This document shows positions 13,005-22,713 of a DNA stretch of 64,000 bases, one piece after another. The notes beneath the pieces are model-generated. The model had not been told where the DNA came from and did not search any database. It saw only the letters and a program-made list of their open reading frames with translations. A program made the translations under genes and the position numbers. Numbering within the stretch: position 1 is the first letter of the stretch; each line of letters begins with the position of its first letter. The stretch lies in NCBI GenBank assembly GCA_963815115.1, contig CAWFFN010000005.1:480001-544000 (forward strand), in the 5' to 3' direction. The stretch comes from an uncultured delta proteobacterium. GTDB lineage: Bacteria; Desulfobacterota; Binatia; DP-6.

Positions 13005-14066
13005 GTGGCCCACATCGCGACGGTGTCCCCGGCCCGGGCGACCGGTGAGACCGCCCGGGTCTACGACCAGCTCCGCCGCATGAGCGGCTCGGACCTCGTC
13101 GCGGGCGTGGTGCAGGTCTTCAGCCTGCGGCCCGCGTCGATGCGCCGCATGATCCGGAGCTGGGAGCTGGCGATGTGGGTCGGCGACGTGCCGCGGGCGG
13201 ACCGGGAGCTGGTCGCCGCGGCAGTGTCGCGGCTCAACGACTGCCACTACTGAATCGACGCCCACGAGGGCTTCCTGCAGGCTGCAGGAGGGGACGCGAG
13301 CCGGGTGGCGCCGCTGCTGGCCGGAACAGGTGCCCCCCCGACGCAGCTCGAGCGTGCCCTGGTCGATCTCGTGCGGCGGGCACACGAGGCGCCGGCGCTG
13401 CTCCGGCCCGCCGATCTGGACCCGCTGCGCGCGGTCGCCGGCGACGATGCCCTCGACTACCTGCTCGTCCTCTGCGCCTTCCACTTCATCAACCGGATCG
13501 CCGACCTGCTCGCCGTGCCCCCGGAGGTGCTCCCGGTCGCGCTGCGGCGTTTCGAGCCGTTGCGGCGACTCGGCGTACGCATGGCGAGCATGCTGCTGCG
13601 GCGGATGGACCTCGCGAACCGGCCGGACCGGACGTCGTTCGAGGACGCTTGCACCCGCGTCGAGGCGGTGGTCGGGCGGAGCGTGGCTGCCGCGCTCGAG
13701 CCCCTGCGCCCGCGCCCCAAGGTCGTCGAGTCGCTCGCGCTGGCGCTCGAGGAGCGTGACGGTGCGAGCAGCCTCGACAGCGCGACGCTGGCCCGCGTGC
13801 ACCGGGTCGTCGAGGCGGCGCTGCCCCGCTCGGCGGGCGATGCGGCGGGTTTCCATCCGCGACCGGAGGATCCGCTGGACGCGTTCGCCTTCGTCGGCAC
13901 GCGCTACGCCCCCCGGACGACCCCGGCGATGATCGCGGCGCTGCGGGGGACGGGATACGGCGACCTCGGCATCCTGGACCTCGCCGTCGCGGTGGCGGAC
14001 GCCAACCAGTGGGCGCGGATGCACCGGTTGGCTGGCCTTCCGCCGGATCTCTTCCTGGTCGCCTGA
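13005..14066 (+). CDS. Probable selenoprotein: AhpD/CMD-like peroxidase with CHYU motif and a second degenerate AhpD-like domain (353 aa)
   Basis: ORF 13005..13253 ends NDCHY-TGA; the same frame continues IDAHEGF... into ORF 13305..14066, so TGA occupies the second Cys of the CxxCxxxH motif; a hairpin follows. Confidence 0.8.
13254..13291 (+). promoter_or_regulatory. Candidate bacterial SECIS element
   Basis: CTTCCTGCA-GGC-TGCAGGAGG (13271-13291): 9-bp stem with one G-U pair; the G-led loop begins 26 nt after the UGA. Confidence 0.65.
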
Positions 14067-14073
14067 GCGCGCG

Positions 14074-14400
14074 CTACCTGGCCCGGGCCCACCGCGTCGC
14101 CCACGCCTGGAGCGGGGTGAGCGCGCGCAGCAGCTCGCGCCCCGCGGCGGCGAGCCGGTAGCCGCCACCCGGGTCGAGCTCGACGAGGCCCGCCTGGCGC
14201 AGCTCGGCCAGCCGCTGGTTCAGCACGCTCGGCGACATGGCGTCGCAGCGGGCGCGCAGCCCGCGAAAGGTGAGCGCCTCGGAGCGCAGCTCCCAGAGCA
14301 CGCGCAGCGTCCAGCGGCGCCCGAGGAGATCGAGCGCCGCCATGATCGGCCGTCCCGTCCGCGAGCCGCGGACCGGGCTGCCCGGGCCCGGAGCCGCCAT
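14074..14400 (-). CDS. HxlR-family winged-helix transcriptional regulator
   Basis: ALDLLGRRWTLRVLWEL...SPSVLNQRLAEL...GYRL. Confidence 0.9.
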   Translation of the reverse strand: MAAPGPGSPVRGSRTGRPIMAALDLLGRRWTLRVLWELRSEALTFRGLRARCDAMSPSVLNQRLAELRQAGLVELDPGGGYRLAAAGRELLRALTPLQAWATRWARAR

Positions 14401-14405
14401 CTTGC

Positions 14406-14445
14406 GCTACGCTTTCAGAAGCGCTAGTGCTACGAATTCAGAAGC
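14406..14445. promoter_or_regulatory. Two tandem imperfect palindromes GCTAC-N7-GAAGC, probable HxlR operators
   Basis: GCTACGCTTTCAGAAGC (14406-14422) and GCTACGAATTCAGAAGC (14429-14445) in the divergent hxlR/CMD intergenic region. Confidence 0.65.
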
Positions 14446-14464
14446 CACGAAGAGGAGAAGTCGC

Positions 14465-15064
14465 ATGACGCCGCCCGGACTGCAAGCCCGCATCGCCCCG
14501 CTCGAGCCGCCGTATCCGCCCGAGATCGACGCCAGCCTCCGCGCCATGATGCCGCGGAACTCGCCGATCCCCCCGCTGCGCCTGTTCCGGACACTGGTCC
14601 ACGACCCGCGGCTCTCCGAGGCCATGACCGCGCTCGGACGCTTTCTCCTCGGCCGCGAGTGCGCACTCGACCTCCACGACCGCGAGCTGGTCATCGACCG
14701 GGTGTGCGCCCGCTGCGCGTGCGAGTACGAGTGGGGCGTGCACGTCACGGTCTACGGAGCCCGGGCCGGTCTCTCGCCGGCACAGCTCGACGCCACGGTG
14801 AGCGGAGACGCGGGCACGCCGGTGTGGAGCGAGCGCGAGACCCTGCTCGTCCGACTGGTCGACGAGCTGCACGACGCCGCGCGCGTGTCGGACGACCTGT
14901 GGGCGCAGCTCGTGAGCCACTGGTCCACGCCGCAGCTGCTCGAGCTGCTGCTGCTCACCGGCTGGTATCACGCCATCGCGTTTCTCGGGAACGGCGCGCG
15001 CGTCGAGCCCGAGGAGTGGGCGGCGCGCTTCCCTCCGGCCGCACCGGTGGCCGCCGCCCGTTGA
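14465..15064 (+). CDS. Carboxymuconolactone decarboxylase (CMD/AhpD) family protein
   Basis: RELVIDRVCARCACEYEWGVH, LVDELH, GWYHAIAF; GAGGAG RBS upstream. Confidence 0.9.
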   Translation: MTPPGLQARIAPLEPPYPPEIDASLRAMMPRNSPIPPLRLFRTLVHDPRLSEAMTALGRFLLGRECALDLHDRELVIDRVCARCACEYEWGVHVTVYGARAGLSPAQLDATVSGDAGTPVWSERETLLVRLVDELHDAARVSDDLWAQLVSHWSTPQLLELLLLTGWYHAIAFLGNGARVEPEEWAARFPPAAPVAAAR

Positions 15065-15111
15065 TCGCCAGCTCCGTGCAGCACCGCGAAGCCGAGACCC
15101 GACGCTAGCGC

Positions 15112-16746
15112 CTACGGCGTCTTGTATGGCGCCCGGTCGCCGACGTTCGCCGCCGGCGTGTAGCGGCAGAAGACGTGGATCTGCCCGTCCGGGCACTTCG
15201 CGGCCCCGCATCCGACCTTCGGGGCGAGGTCGCGTGTCTCCGCCTGGTCGTTCTTGGTGTCCCAGATGATCTGCGTGTAGTGCCCGCAGCCCGGCTTCCC
15301 CGAGTCGTCCGGCGGACAGCAGTCGAACTTGCCCCTGATCTTGAAGCAGCCTTTCTTCTGGGCATCCCCCTCGCTCAGCGCCGTGCACGTCCTCGGATAG
15401 GTGTAGCAGTGCACTTCGCCGCTCCAGAGCTTCACCGAGGTCTGCGCGATCTGCGTGGCCGTGAACGTGCCGGGCACGATCGCCAGGTTCTCGCCGACCG
15501 CGCCGCGCTGCTTGTCGTGCGTACACCCTGGACACGTCTCCGCGTAGGCGAGCGCGGCGGCCGCGAGGTCGCCGCTCCACGTGAAGGGTTTGAGCGCGGC
15601 GGCCGGCGCGGGGTCGAGCTTCCCCTCGCGTACCGCGTTGTGGGCCTTCAGGAAGGCCTCCGTATCGACCTCGACGGCCTCGCCCCGCGGCTTGGGTGTC
15701 GGCGTGGCATCATCCGCCAGAACGGGGCCGCCCGCGCCCGCGGAAGCCTCATCCCCTTCGACTGCGTCGCACTGGTCCGCACCGCAGCCCCCGACGTAGG
15801 GCGCATGGCCGAGCACCTGGCCGTCGAGCTCGACCGTTCCGACCGTCCGGACGGCGCCACGCACTCCGGTCAGGTAGATCCGCCCAGCCCGGTCGAACGG
15901 GTCGCGCGCCTCGACGCGGCTCGCCGCGAAGAGGCACGCGTCGTCGGTCCGCCGCTTCGTGGACAGGCGGACGTTTCGTCCGGAGTCGACCAGGGCGCCG
16001 GGCCCGACCGTCATTGGCCCCGTGATGGCGAGCAGCACGTCGCTGGCCGGCCCGACGCCCGTGCGGGCCGGGTCGGTCGTGAGCAGCGTCCCGTCCCGCA
16101 GGACCAGCTCTTTGGCGCCGATGACCGACAGGTTCGCGACGGCGTCGAGCTCGACCCGTCGAGAGGCCAGGCCGGCGCCCAGGAGCTCGATGACTCCCTC
16201 GGCTCCTTTTGCCCGTACGTCGATGCGCCGCCCGCCGAAGACGGTCGGCGGCCCCGGCGAGAGTCCCGTCGGGACGAGCGAGACGCCGCCGCCACGCGCG
16301 TCGATCAGCACGCGGTCCAGCGCGCCGAGGACGGTCGGTCCAGTGAGCACGATCGTGCCACGCGCGGTGAGCAGCAGATCGTCGTATGCCCGGAGATCGA
16401 GGGTGCCGGCGCTCGCCAGGTCGTCGAGGACCGCGACCATCGTCAGCGTGTCGAGGGTCGTCGGCTCCCCGTGGAGGAGTGCCCCCGGTTCGATGACGAT
16501 CCGGTCGGCCTCGACGATCGTGTCCCCGTGGAACTCCACGCGGTCCTCGCCAGAGAACCGAAGGACACCGTGCAGATGCGTCTTGCCGTCGGGGAAGTCG
16601 CAGAGACCGTTGCCGTCGGCGTCGTCGAGTGCAAGGTCGATCTGGCCGTCGCCGTCGACGTCGAAGTCGCAGAGCAACTTCGCGCCTCCCGGCGCAGCGA
16701 CGAGGAGGACGGCGGTCGTGATGACGCGCGCGAGACGGAGCATCAT
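15112..16746 (-). CDS. Secreted protein with C-terminal CAP (SCP/PR-1) domain
   Basis: Signal peptide; DxDGDG motifs at the N-terminus; CAP motifs FLKAHNAVR, GENLA, GHYTQIIW, VGCG, CRYTPAAN. Confidence 0.8.
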   Translation of the reverse strand: MMLRLARVITTAVLLVAAPGGAKLLCDFDVDGDGQIDLALDDADGNGLCDFPDGKTHLHGVLRFSGEDRVEFHGDTIVEADRIVIEPGALLHGEPTTLDTLTMVAVLDDLASAGTLDLRAYDDLLLTARGTIVLTGPTVLGALDRVLIDARGGGVSLVPTGLSPGPPTVFGGRRIDVRAKGAEGVIELLGAGLASRRVELDAVANLSVIGAKELVLRDGTLLTTDPARTGVGPASDVLLAITGPMTVGPGALVDSGRNVRLSTKRRTDDACLFAASRVEARDPFDRAGRIYLTGVRGAVRTVGTVELDGQVLGHAPYVGGCGADQCDAVEGDEASAGAGGPVLADDATPTPKPRGEAVEVDTEAFLKAHNAVREGKLDPAPAAALKPFTWSGDLAAAALAYAETCPGCTHDKQRGAVGENLAIVPGTFTATQIAQTSVKLWSGEVHCYTYPRTCTALSEGDAQKKGCFKIRGKFDCCPPDDSGKPGCGHYTQIIWDTKNDQAETRDLAPKVGCGAAKCPDGQIHVFCRYTPAANVGDRAPYKTP

Positions 16747-17178
16747 GGGGGCCCCCCGGCGATCGGGGTTTTCCACCGCGGCCACCGGCTCCCGCTGCCG
16801 ATCGCCAGGCTTCGAGTGTCGGACGCCGTGCGGCGTGTTGTCAAGGCGAATTGGGAGGGATGCCGGGGATTTCTCGCCGTAGGACCCTCCCGCCCCGGGA
16901 TCATCTGACCGAGCTGGTCCAGCGCTGCCTTTCGGCGCAGTTGCAGGCCGCATCCAGCACCGTCAGTCGCGCGCAGTGCACCGACGGAACGCGCAGCAAG
17001 ACGGGTGCTCCACCGGGCCCCATGCGCGGTCTGTCTCCAAGGACAATGTGTCGGGACGCCGTGACGGGAGGCGCATTCTTCTCCACGACCGAACCGATCG
17101 CGGTCCGCGCCCAATGCCTTCTCGCCCGAGCTTGCGCGCCGGTTGCGCCCGGCGGGGGCGGGGACTACCACGCCACGA

Positions 17179-18297
17179 GTGCCGCCGCCTCCCCGGGTCA
17201 GCGTCGTCGTCCCGAGCTACAACGCGGAGCGCTTCCTCCCCGCCGCGCTCGACAGCGCGCTCGCGCAGACAGGGGTCGCGCTCGAGGTGGTGGTCGTCGA
17301 CGACGGGTCGAGCGACGGCACCGGCGTGATCCTCCAGCGTTACGCCGACCGCATCCGGGCCATGCACCAGGACCATCGCGGACCCGCCGCGGCGCGCAAC
17401 GCGGCCATCCGCGACGCGCACGGCGAGTACGTCGCCCTGCTCGACGCCGACGATCGCTTCCGCCCCGGCAAGCTGGCACGCCAGGTGGCCGTGCTCGACG
17501 CCCAGCCCGACGTCGGGATCGTCTACACGGGCTGGGACGTCGTCGACGGCGATGGCAGCCCGCTGCCGCATCAGGGCTGGTCACGCGACGAGGGCGACGT
17601 GCTTCCCCGGCTGCTCCTCGGCAACCTCGCCCATCCGGTCGCGGTCCTGCTGCGGCGCGCGCAGATCCTGGACGCCGGCGGCTTCGACGAGACCCTGCAG
17701 GTGAACGAGGACTGGGACCTCTTCCTCCGTCTCACCCTGCGCGGGGCGCGCTGGGCGTGCGTCGATGCGCCGCTGTGCGAGTACCGCGTGCACGGAGGGC
17801 AGAGCCATCGCCGTGCGCAGCTCGTCTACCTGACGCGGCTGCGCATCCTCGAAGGCTTCTTCGCACGTCCGGACCTCCCCGCCGAAGCGCGCGCGGTGCG
17901 GGCCGCTGCGTTCCACGAGGCCCACCTCGTGGGGGCCGCGGAGCTCTTCGCCGCCGGACGGCAGGCCGCGGCGCAGGCCGCGTTCCTCGCCGCCATCCGC
18001 GTCCGTCCGGAAAGCCTGCGGGACCCGCGGACGATGCGGCGTTTCGCCCGCCTCCTGCAGCCGACGGGCTGGCAGCACCAGACCGTGGCGGCGGGGGGCT
18101 GGCGCGACGTCATGCGGACGCTGTGGGGAGCGGTCGAGGCGACGCTCGCGACGCCGGGCCTCGAGGAGGAGATCGCCGGCCAGCGCTGGGCCGCGCGCGG
18201 GGCGGTGTTGCGCACGGGCGCGCGACTGCTGCGCAAGCGCCTCGGGCGCACGGAGCCGATCGCGGCGCCGGTTGCGCCGCGCCAGAGCGACCGGTAG
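17179..18297 (+). CDS. Glycosyltransferase family 2
   Basis: VSVVVPSYN, VVDDGSSD, ARNAAI, LLDADD, EDWDL; start codon uncertain. Confidence 0.9.
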   Translation: MPPPPRVSVVVPSYNAERFLPAALDSALAQTGVALEVVVVDDGSSDGTGVILQRYADRIRAMHQDHRGPAAARNAAIRDAHGEYVALLDADDRFRPGKLARQVAVLDAQPDVGIVYTGWDVVDGDGSPLPHQGWSRDEGDVLPRLLLGNLAHPVAVLLRRAQILDAGGFDETLQVNEDWDLFLRLTLRGARWACVDAPLCEYRVHGGQSHRRAQLVYLTRLRILEGFFARPDLPAEARAVRAAAFHEAHLVGAAELFAAGRQAAAQAAFLAAIRVRPESLRDPRTMRRFARLLQPTGWQHQTVAAGGWRDVMRTLWGAVEATLATPGLEEEIAGQRWAARGAVLRTGARLLRKRLGRTEPIAAPVAPRQSDR

Positions 18298-18314
18298 ACG
18301 TCCGCGCGCTTCCG

Positions 18315-19937
18315 ATGCCGCAGAGCGTACTCGTGATCGGGCTCGACGGCGCCTGCTGGCGGCTCTTCCTGCCCTGGGTCCGTTCCGGGCGCATGCCGGC
18401 GCTCGCCGCCCTGATGGAGCGCGGCGCGTGGGGACCGCTCGCCTCCACGGTGCCGGCGCTGACGCTCCCGGCCTGGTCGTCCTTCATGACGGGCAAGAAC
18501 CCCGGCGGGCACGGCGTGTACGCGTTCCATCGCATGGCGTTCGACCGCTACGACTCGGCCGGGCTCGCGAACGCCGCCGACCTGCGAGCGACCCGCATCT
18601 GGGACGTGGCCGCGCGGGACGGCAAGCGCGTCGGCGTGATCAACCTGCCCCCGTCGTACCCGCTGCGGCCGATCCCGAACGGCTACCTCGTGAGCTGCAT
18701 GCTGACGCCGCCGGGCGAGCGCTACGCCGATCCGCCCGAGGTCGCCGACGAGCTGGGCGAGTACGAGATCGACCTGCCACCGCCGAAGGGGCTGCGGCGC
18801 GGCCTGCCCGACTATGGCGAGCGGGCGCTCGCCTACCTCGCCGGCATGCGCCGGCAGACGCGGCTGCGCGGCGAGGCGACGCTGCGCGTGATGGAGCGCA
18901 GGCCGACCGACGCCACGTGCGTGGTCTTCTATGCGCCCGACCGCGTGCAGCACTATTTCTGGGAATACGTCGATCCCGAGCACCCGGCTCCGGACGGCGC
19001 GCTCGACGAGCCCGTGCGGGCCGCGCTGCTCGCGGTCTACGACGAGCTCGACCGGGCCGTCGGCCGGCTGGTGGACGCGGCGGGACCCGAGGCGAACGTC
19101 GTCCTCCTCTCCGACCACGGCTTCGGGACCAAGCCGGAGCGCTCGGTGCGCGTCAACCGCTGGCTCGCCGATCGGGGCCTGCTCAGGCGCCATCCGCTCT
19201 GGACACTGCGCCGGCGCATCGTGCGCAAGACCTTCCCCGCGGCGTGGCGCGCGCGCTACGACACGCTCGATCACATCCTGGTGAACCGCCCGCGCAGCCG
19301 GGCGTGGAGCGAGGCGCTCTTCACCGGCACCGCCGGAATCTGGGTGCACGAGCGCGGCCGCTATCCGCTCGGCTGCGTCGAGCCGGGCGAGGAGTACGAG
19401 CGCGTCCGGACGCAGATCCTGGAGGGGCTGCGCGGGCTCACCGACCCGGGCGGCCACCGCGTGTTCCGCAACGTGCAGCGGCGGGAGGACCTGTACCGCG
19501 GGCCCTACGTCGCGACCGCGCCGGATCTGGTGGCGGTGTGCGAGTCGCGCTTCGGCATCATCTTCGAGAGCCTGCGCCGCGAGCTGCGCTCGCCCGAGCT
19601 CTTCGGGCCCTACGAGGAGCTCGGCTACACGGGCACGCACGACCCGAGCGGGCTCTACCTGCTCGCGGGCCCCGCCGTCGCGGCGCTCGGCGAGGGTCCC
19701 GAGTATCCCATCGAGGCCGTCGCGCCGACCGTCCTCCATCTGCTCGGCGTCCCGGTGCCGGCGGACTTCGAGGCGGCGGTGATGGCCGCCGCGCTGCGTC
19801 CGGAGTTCCTCGCGGCGCATCCCGTGCGCTCGCAGCCGGCCGTCGGCGACGCGGCGGCCGAGGCCGCAGGGTGGCGGTCGAGCGAGGACGAGGCGCACGT
19901 CGCCGAGCACCTGCGCGCGCTCGGCTACTTCGAGTGA
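18315..19937 (+). CDS. Alkaline-phosphatase-superfamily nucleotide pyrophosphatase/phosphodiesterase
   Basis: VIGLDGA, PAWSSFMTGKNPGGHG, DRVQH, LSDHGF, GTH, C-terminal LRALGY. Confidence 0.9.
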   Translation: MPQSVLVIGLDGACWRLFLPWVRSGRMPALAALMERGAWGPLASTVPALTLPAWSSFMTGKNPGGHGVYAFHRMAFDRYDSAGLANAADLRATRIWDVAARDGKRVGVINLPPSYPLRPIPNGYLVSCMLTPPGERYADPPEVADELGEYEIDLPPPKGLRRGLPDYGERALAYLAGMRRQTRLRGEATLRVMERRPTDATCVVFYAPDRVQHYFWEYVDPEHPAPDGALDEPVRAALLAVYDELDRAVGRLVDAAGPEANVVLLSDHGFGTKPERSVRVNRWLADRGLLRRHPLWTLRRRIVRKTFPAAWRARYDTLDHILVNRPRSRAWSEALFTGTAGIWVHERGRYPLGCVEPGEEYERVRTQILEGLRGLTDPGGHRVFRNVQRREDLYRGPYVATAPDLVAVCESRFGIIFESLRRELRSPELFGPYEELGYTGTHDPSGLYLLAGPAVAALGEGPEYPIEAVAPTVLHLLGVPVPADFEAAVMAAALRPEFLAAHPVRSQPAVGDAAAEAAGWRSSEDEAHVAEHLRALGYFE

Positions 19938-19938
19938 T

Positions 19939-21135
19939 TCAGCGCGGCGCGCTCGCCGTCCCCAGCGCCACCGCCGGCGGCAGCCCGGCGCCCATCAGGT
20001 CGACGAAGTTGTCGCAGTAGAAGCGCTGCTTCGCCTCCTCCGGGACGCCGGCCAGGCTGGCCTCGAAGCGCCGGATCGGATTCCGCCCGCCCTCGACGTG
20101 CGGCCAGTCGGACGAGAAGAGGCAGACCTCGGGACCGGTCTGCTCGATGATCCAGCCGACGGGCTCGGTGGGGTAGGGGGTGACGCGGACCTGACGGCGA
20201 ACGTACTCGCTGGGCCTGAGCGCGAGCTTGCGCAGGCGCTCCTCGCCCTTGGCGAACGCCTCGAAGGCAGCCTCGAGCTGTCGCATCCAGCTCGGCAGCC
20301 AGATCGCGCCCTGCTCGATGACGCCCACCTTCAGGCGGGGGAAGCGATCGAAGATGCCGTCGAAGATCATGGTGGCGAGCGTCTGCATGGGCGGGTGGGG
20401 GATCGCCATGTAGTCGACGGAGCGAAAGTTCTCGGCGCCGCCGTGGAAGTCCGGCACCGGCGGCAGGCCGTTGTCGAAGTAGCGCGGCGAGAGCAGCTGG
20501 CCGCCGCCGCCGACGTGGAAGACGATCGGGAGGCCCGCTTCCTCGGCGACGGCCCAGACCGGAAACAGGCCGACGTGGCTCGGCGAGTGCGTCGCCGGGC
20601 AGGCGGACGGCACGAGCAGCGCCTGGCAGCCCATCGCCACCGCTTCCGCCGCCATCGTGCGGGCGCGTGCGAAGTCGGCGAGCGGGACGTATCCGACGGT
20701 CAGGAGCCGGCGATCGACGGCGCAGAAGTCGACCATGGCGCGGTTGTGCGCGCGCGCGAGGCCGTAGGCGAAGTCGCCGTCCGGCTCGTGCTCGGTCTGG
20801 CAGAGGTACTGGCTCAAGAACGTGTTGAACACCAGCTGGCTCGCGAAGCCGAGCAGGTCGAGGGCACGCGGCCGGTCCTCCTTCACGAACGAGCCCAGCG
20901 CGCTCCAGTTCTTGCGCAGCATGATCTCGGCCTCGGCCTGCGGCCGCTCGGCGGGATCGGCGTGCCGCCGCCGCAGCTCGTCGATGAAGGTCTCCTCACC
21001 GGGCTTGACGCGGCTCAGGTAGAGCGGCCGCATGCGCTCGCGGATTCCCGGATCGGCCCAGGGCACGAGCCAGTCGGGCGTCTCCACCACGTGGGAGTCG
21101 GCGTCGTGGATGGTGCGGCCTTCGGCGTAGGGCAT
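19939..21135 (-). CDS. Amidohydrolase family protein (Amidohydro_2)
   Basis: HDADSH, FHVGG, IEQGAIW, FSSDWPHVEG. Confidence 0.9.
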   Translation of the reverse strand: MPYAEGRTIHDADSHVVETPDWLVPWADPGIRERMRPLYLSRVKPGEETFIDELRRRHADPAERPQAEAEIMLRKNWSALGSFVKEDRPRALDLLGFASQLVFNTFLSQYLCQTEHEPDGDFAYGLARAHNRAMVDFCAVDRRLLTVGYVPLADFARARTMAAEAVAMGCQALLVPSACPATHSPSHVGLFPVWAVAEEAGLPIVFHVGGGGQLLSPRYFDNGLPPVPDFHGGAENFRSVDYMAIPHPPMQTLATMIFDGIFDRFPRLKVGVIEQGAIWLPSWMRQLEAAFEAFAKGEERLRKLALRPSEYVRRQVRVTPYPTEPVGWIIEQTGPEVCLFSSDWPHVEGGRNPIRRFEASLAGVPEEAKQRFYCDNFVDLMGAGLPPAVALGTASAPR

Positions 21136-21277
21136 GGGGGGACCTAACCGCGAGGGCTCGGGGGTCGTCAAGCGCGTGGCGTGACGATCGGCCCGGCTGG
21201 CGGCGGTACGGCGGGTGCTGTCCCCGTCGTGCCGCCGCGGACTCCTGACGGAGGATATCGGCGCGTGCGACCGGCGC

Positions 21278-22537
21278 TCAGTCCGCCTTGGCGGAGAACT
21301 TCGTGGGCTCGTTCGTCCCCGCGCTCGCGTGCGTCGTCTCCCAGCAGCCGCCTGCCGCCTGCAGCTGCACGCGGACCGGCATCGCGTAGGGCGGGTCATG
21401 GAGGATCGGGAGGCTCGATCCCTTGCCAGACGCGCTCAGCCGCGACTTCTCCACCGGACCGGCATACAGGACGATCTTGTTGATGCCGAGCTGTGACGAC
21501 GACTTGTCGGCATAGACGAACCCGTTCCCCTTCTTGGCGGCCTCCCAGCAGTCCTTGCCATCGCACGTCCCGCCGGCAGGGATGGGAGCGGCGAAGACCA
21601 GGCGGGGCGTGGCGTCGTAGATGCAGACGCGAACCGGATCCCCGTCGAGCGGGTCGCCGAATTCGGATGGGGCGACCGCGTCGCCCTTGCCGAGCTTCCA
21701 CTTGAAGATCTTCTTGTCCGCCTTCGTCTTGAGAACGACCGCACCCGCCTTCCCGCCGCTCGCGACGGAGCCCTTGCAGTTGGGGAGCGGTGCCGCAGCG
21801 CAGGAGCCGGGGCCGCCGCAATCGCCGAGGCCGGTGAGGGACGATTCGGAACTCACTTCCGGGGTTGGTGTCCCGAGCGCCCCGAGGCCTGGGATGGAGG
21901 GATTCACGAAACCAGCCTGGATGCAGAACTCGTCCGACAAGGGATCGTTTTCGACGACCTGTTTCGGTGTCTTGACGATGGCCGGCACGCCGGAGACGCC
22001 GGGAAAGTTGGCCTTGATCGCGTCGGCGACGTCTTTCGGGAAGGTCGAGCCGTCCAGCCAGAAGTCCGCGGGAATTTCCAGGAAGTTGTCCGTGGCGCAG
22101 AGGAAGACCGTGCGTCGCGGCTCGTTGTTGTCGCTGGCGCAGGTGTTGGTGTCGATGATGTCTTGCCCGCGCTCGCTGCAGCCGATGTTTCCTCCGAACG
22201 AGAACGTGAAGTCCGGAATGGTGAACGTGCTGCCATCCGACTTCTTGCCTGCCATGGCAACCGTCAGGCGTCGAGAGTCGTCGGGATCCGCCGAGATTCG
22301 GAGGCGCGCCGCAAAGCCGACCGTCGGCGCGAGGACGCATTGCGCGGACGGGCTCTGGCAGGACGTCTTGTCGAGGGCATCAGGGACGGTGCAGTTCCAG
22401 ATACACGGGGAGCCGTCGGTGCACCGGCCGAGCTGGTACTTCCGTTCGTCCGGACCCGGAGCGCCGGCCATGGCGTGCGTCCTAGCGCAGAGCGCAAGGA
22501 CGACGGCAGAGAGAACGATCCTCGCACGTCGAGTCAT
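21278..22537 (-). CDS. Secreted Cys-rich hypothetical protein with a shared C-terminal domain
   Basis: Signal peptide; the C-terminal ~175 aa aligns by eye with the C-terminus of the 25354..27366 protein. Confidence 0.75.
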   Translation of the reverse strand: MTRRARIVLSAVVLALCARTHAMAGAPGPDERKYQLGRCTDGSPCIWNCTVPDALDKTSCQSPSAQCVLAPTVGFAARLRISADPDDSRRLTVAMAGKKSDGSTFTIPDFTFSFGGNIGCSERGQDIIDTNTCASDNNEPRRTVFLCATDNFLEIPADFWLDGSTFPKDVADAIKANFPGVSGVPAIVKTPKQVVENDPLSDEFCIQAGFVNPSIPGLGALGTPTPEVSSESSLTGLGDCGGPGSCAAAPLPNCKGSVASGGKAGAVVLKTKADKKIFKWKLGKGDAVAPSEFGDPLDGDPVRVCIYDATPRLVFAAPIPAGGTCDGKDCWEAAKKGNGFVYADKSSSQLGINKIVLYAGPVEKSRLSASGKGSSLPILHDPPYAMPVRVQLQAAGGCWETTHASAGTNEPTKFSAKAD

Positions 22538-22713
22538 CTGGGGTCCTTTCTTCGTGAAGAGAGCTAGCTTGGTGCTGTACGCAACCCGCCTCGAGCTGTC
22601 AAGGTAATTGCCGGCTCTGTTCGGCGTGCGGCGACCTCACGGCCCAAACGCGGGCTCGGCCGGGAGGACGGTCTCGTTGACCGGCGGCGCACGCTCACAG
22701 TAGGACCACCGGG

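Noticed and set aside
13005-13253. Stand-alone 82-aa ORF, with 13305..14066 as a separate gene
   Set aside because: They share a frame, the TGA falls inside the AhpD CxxC motif, and the catalytic His lies in the gap; one recoded gene explains this better.
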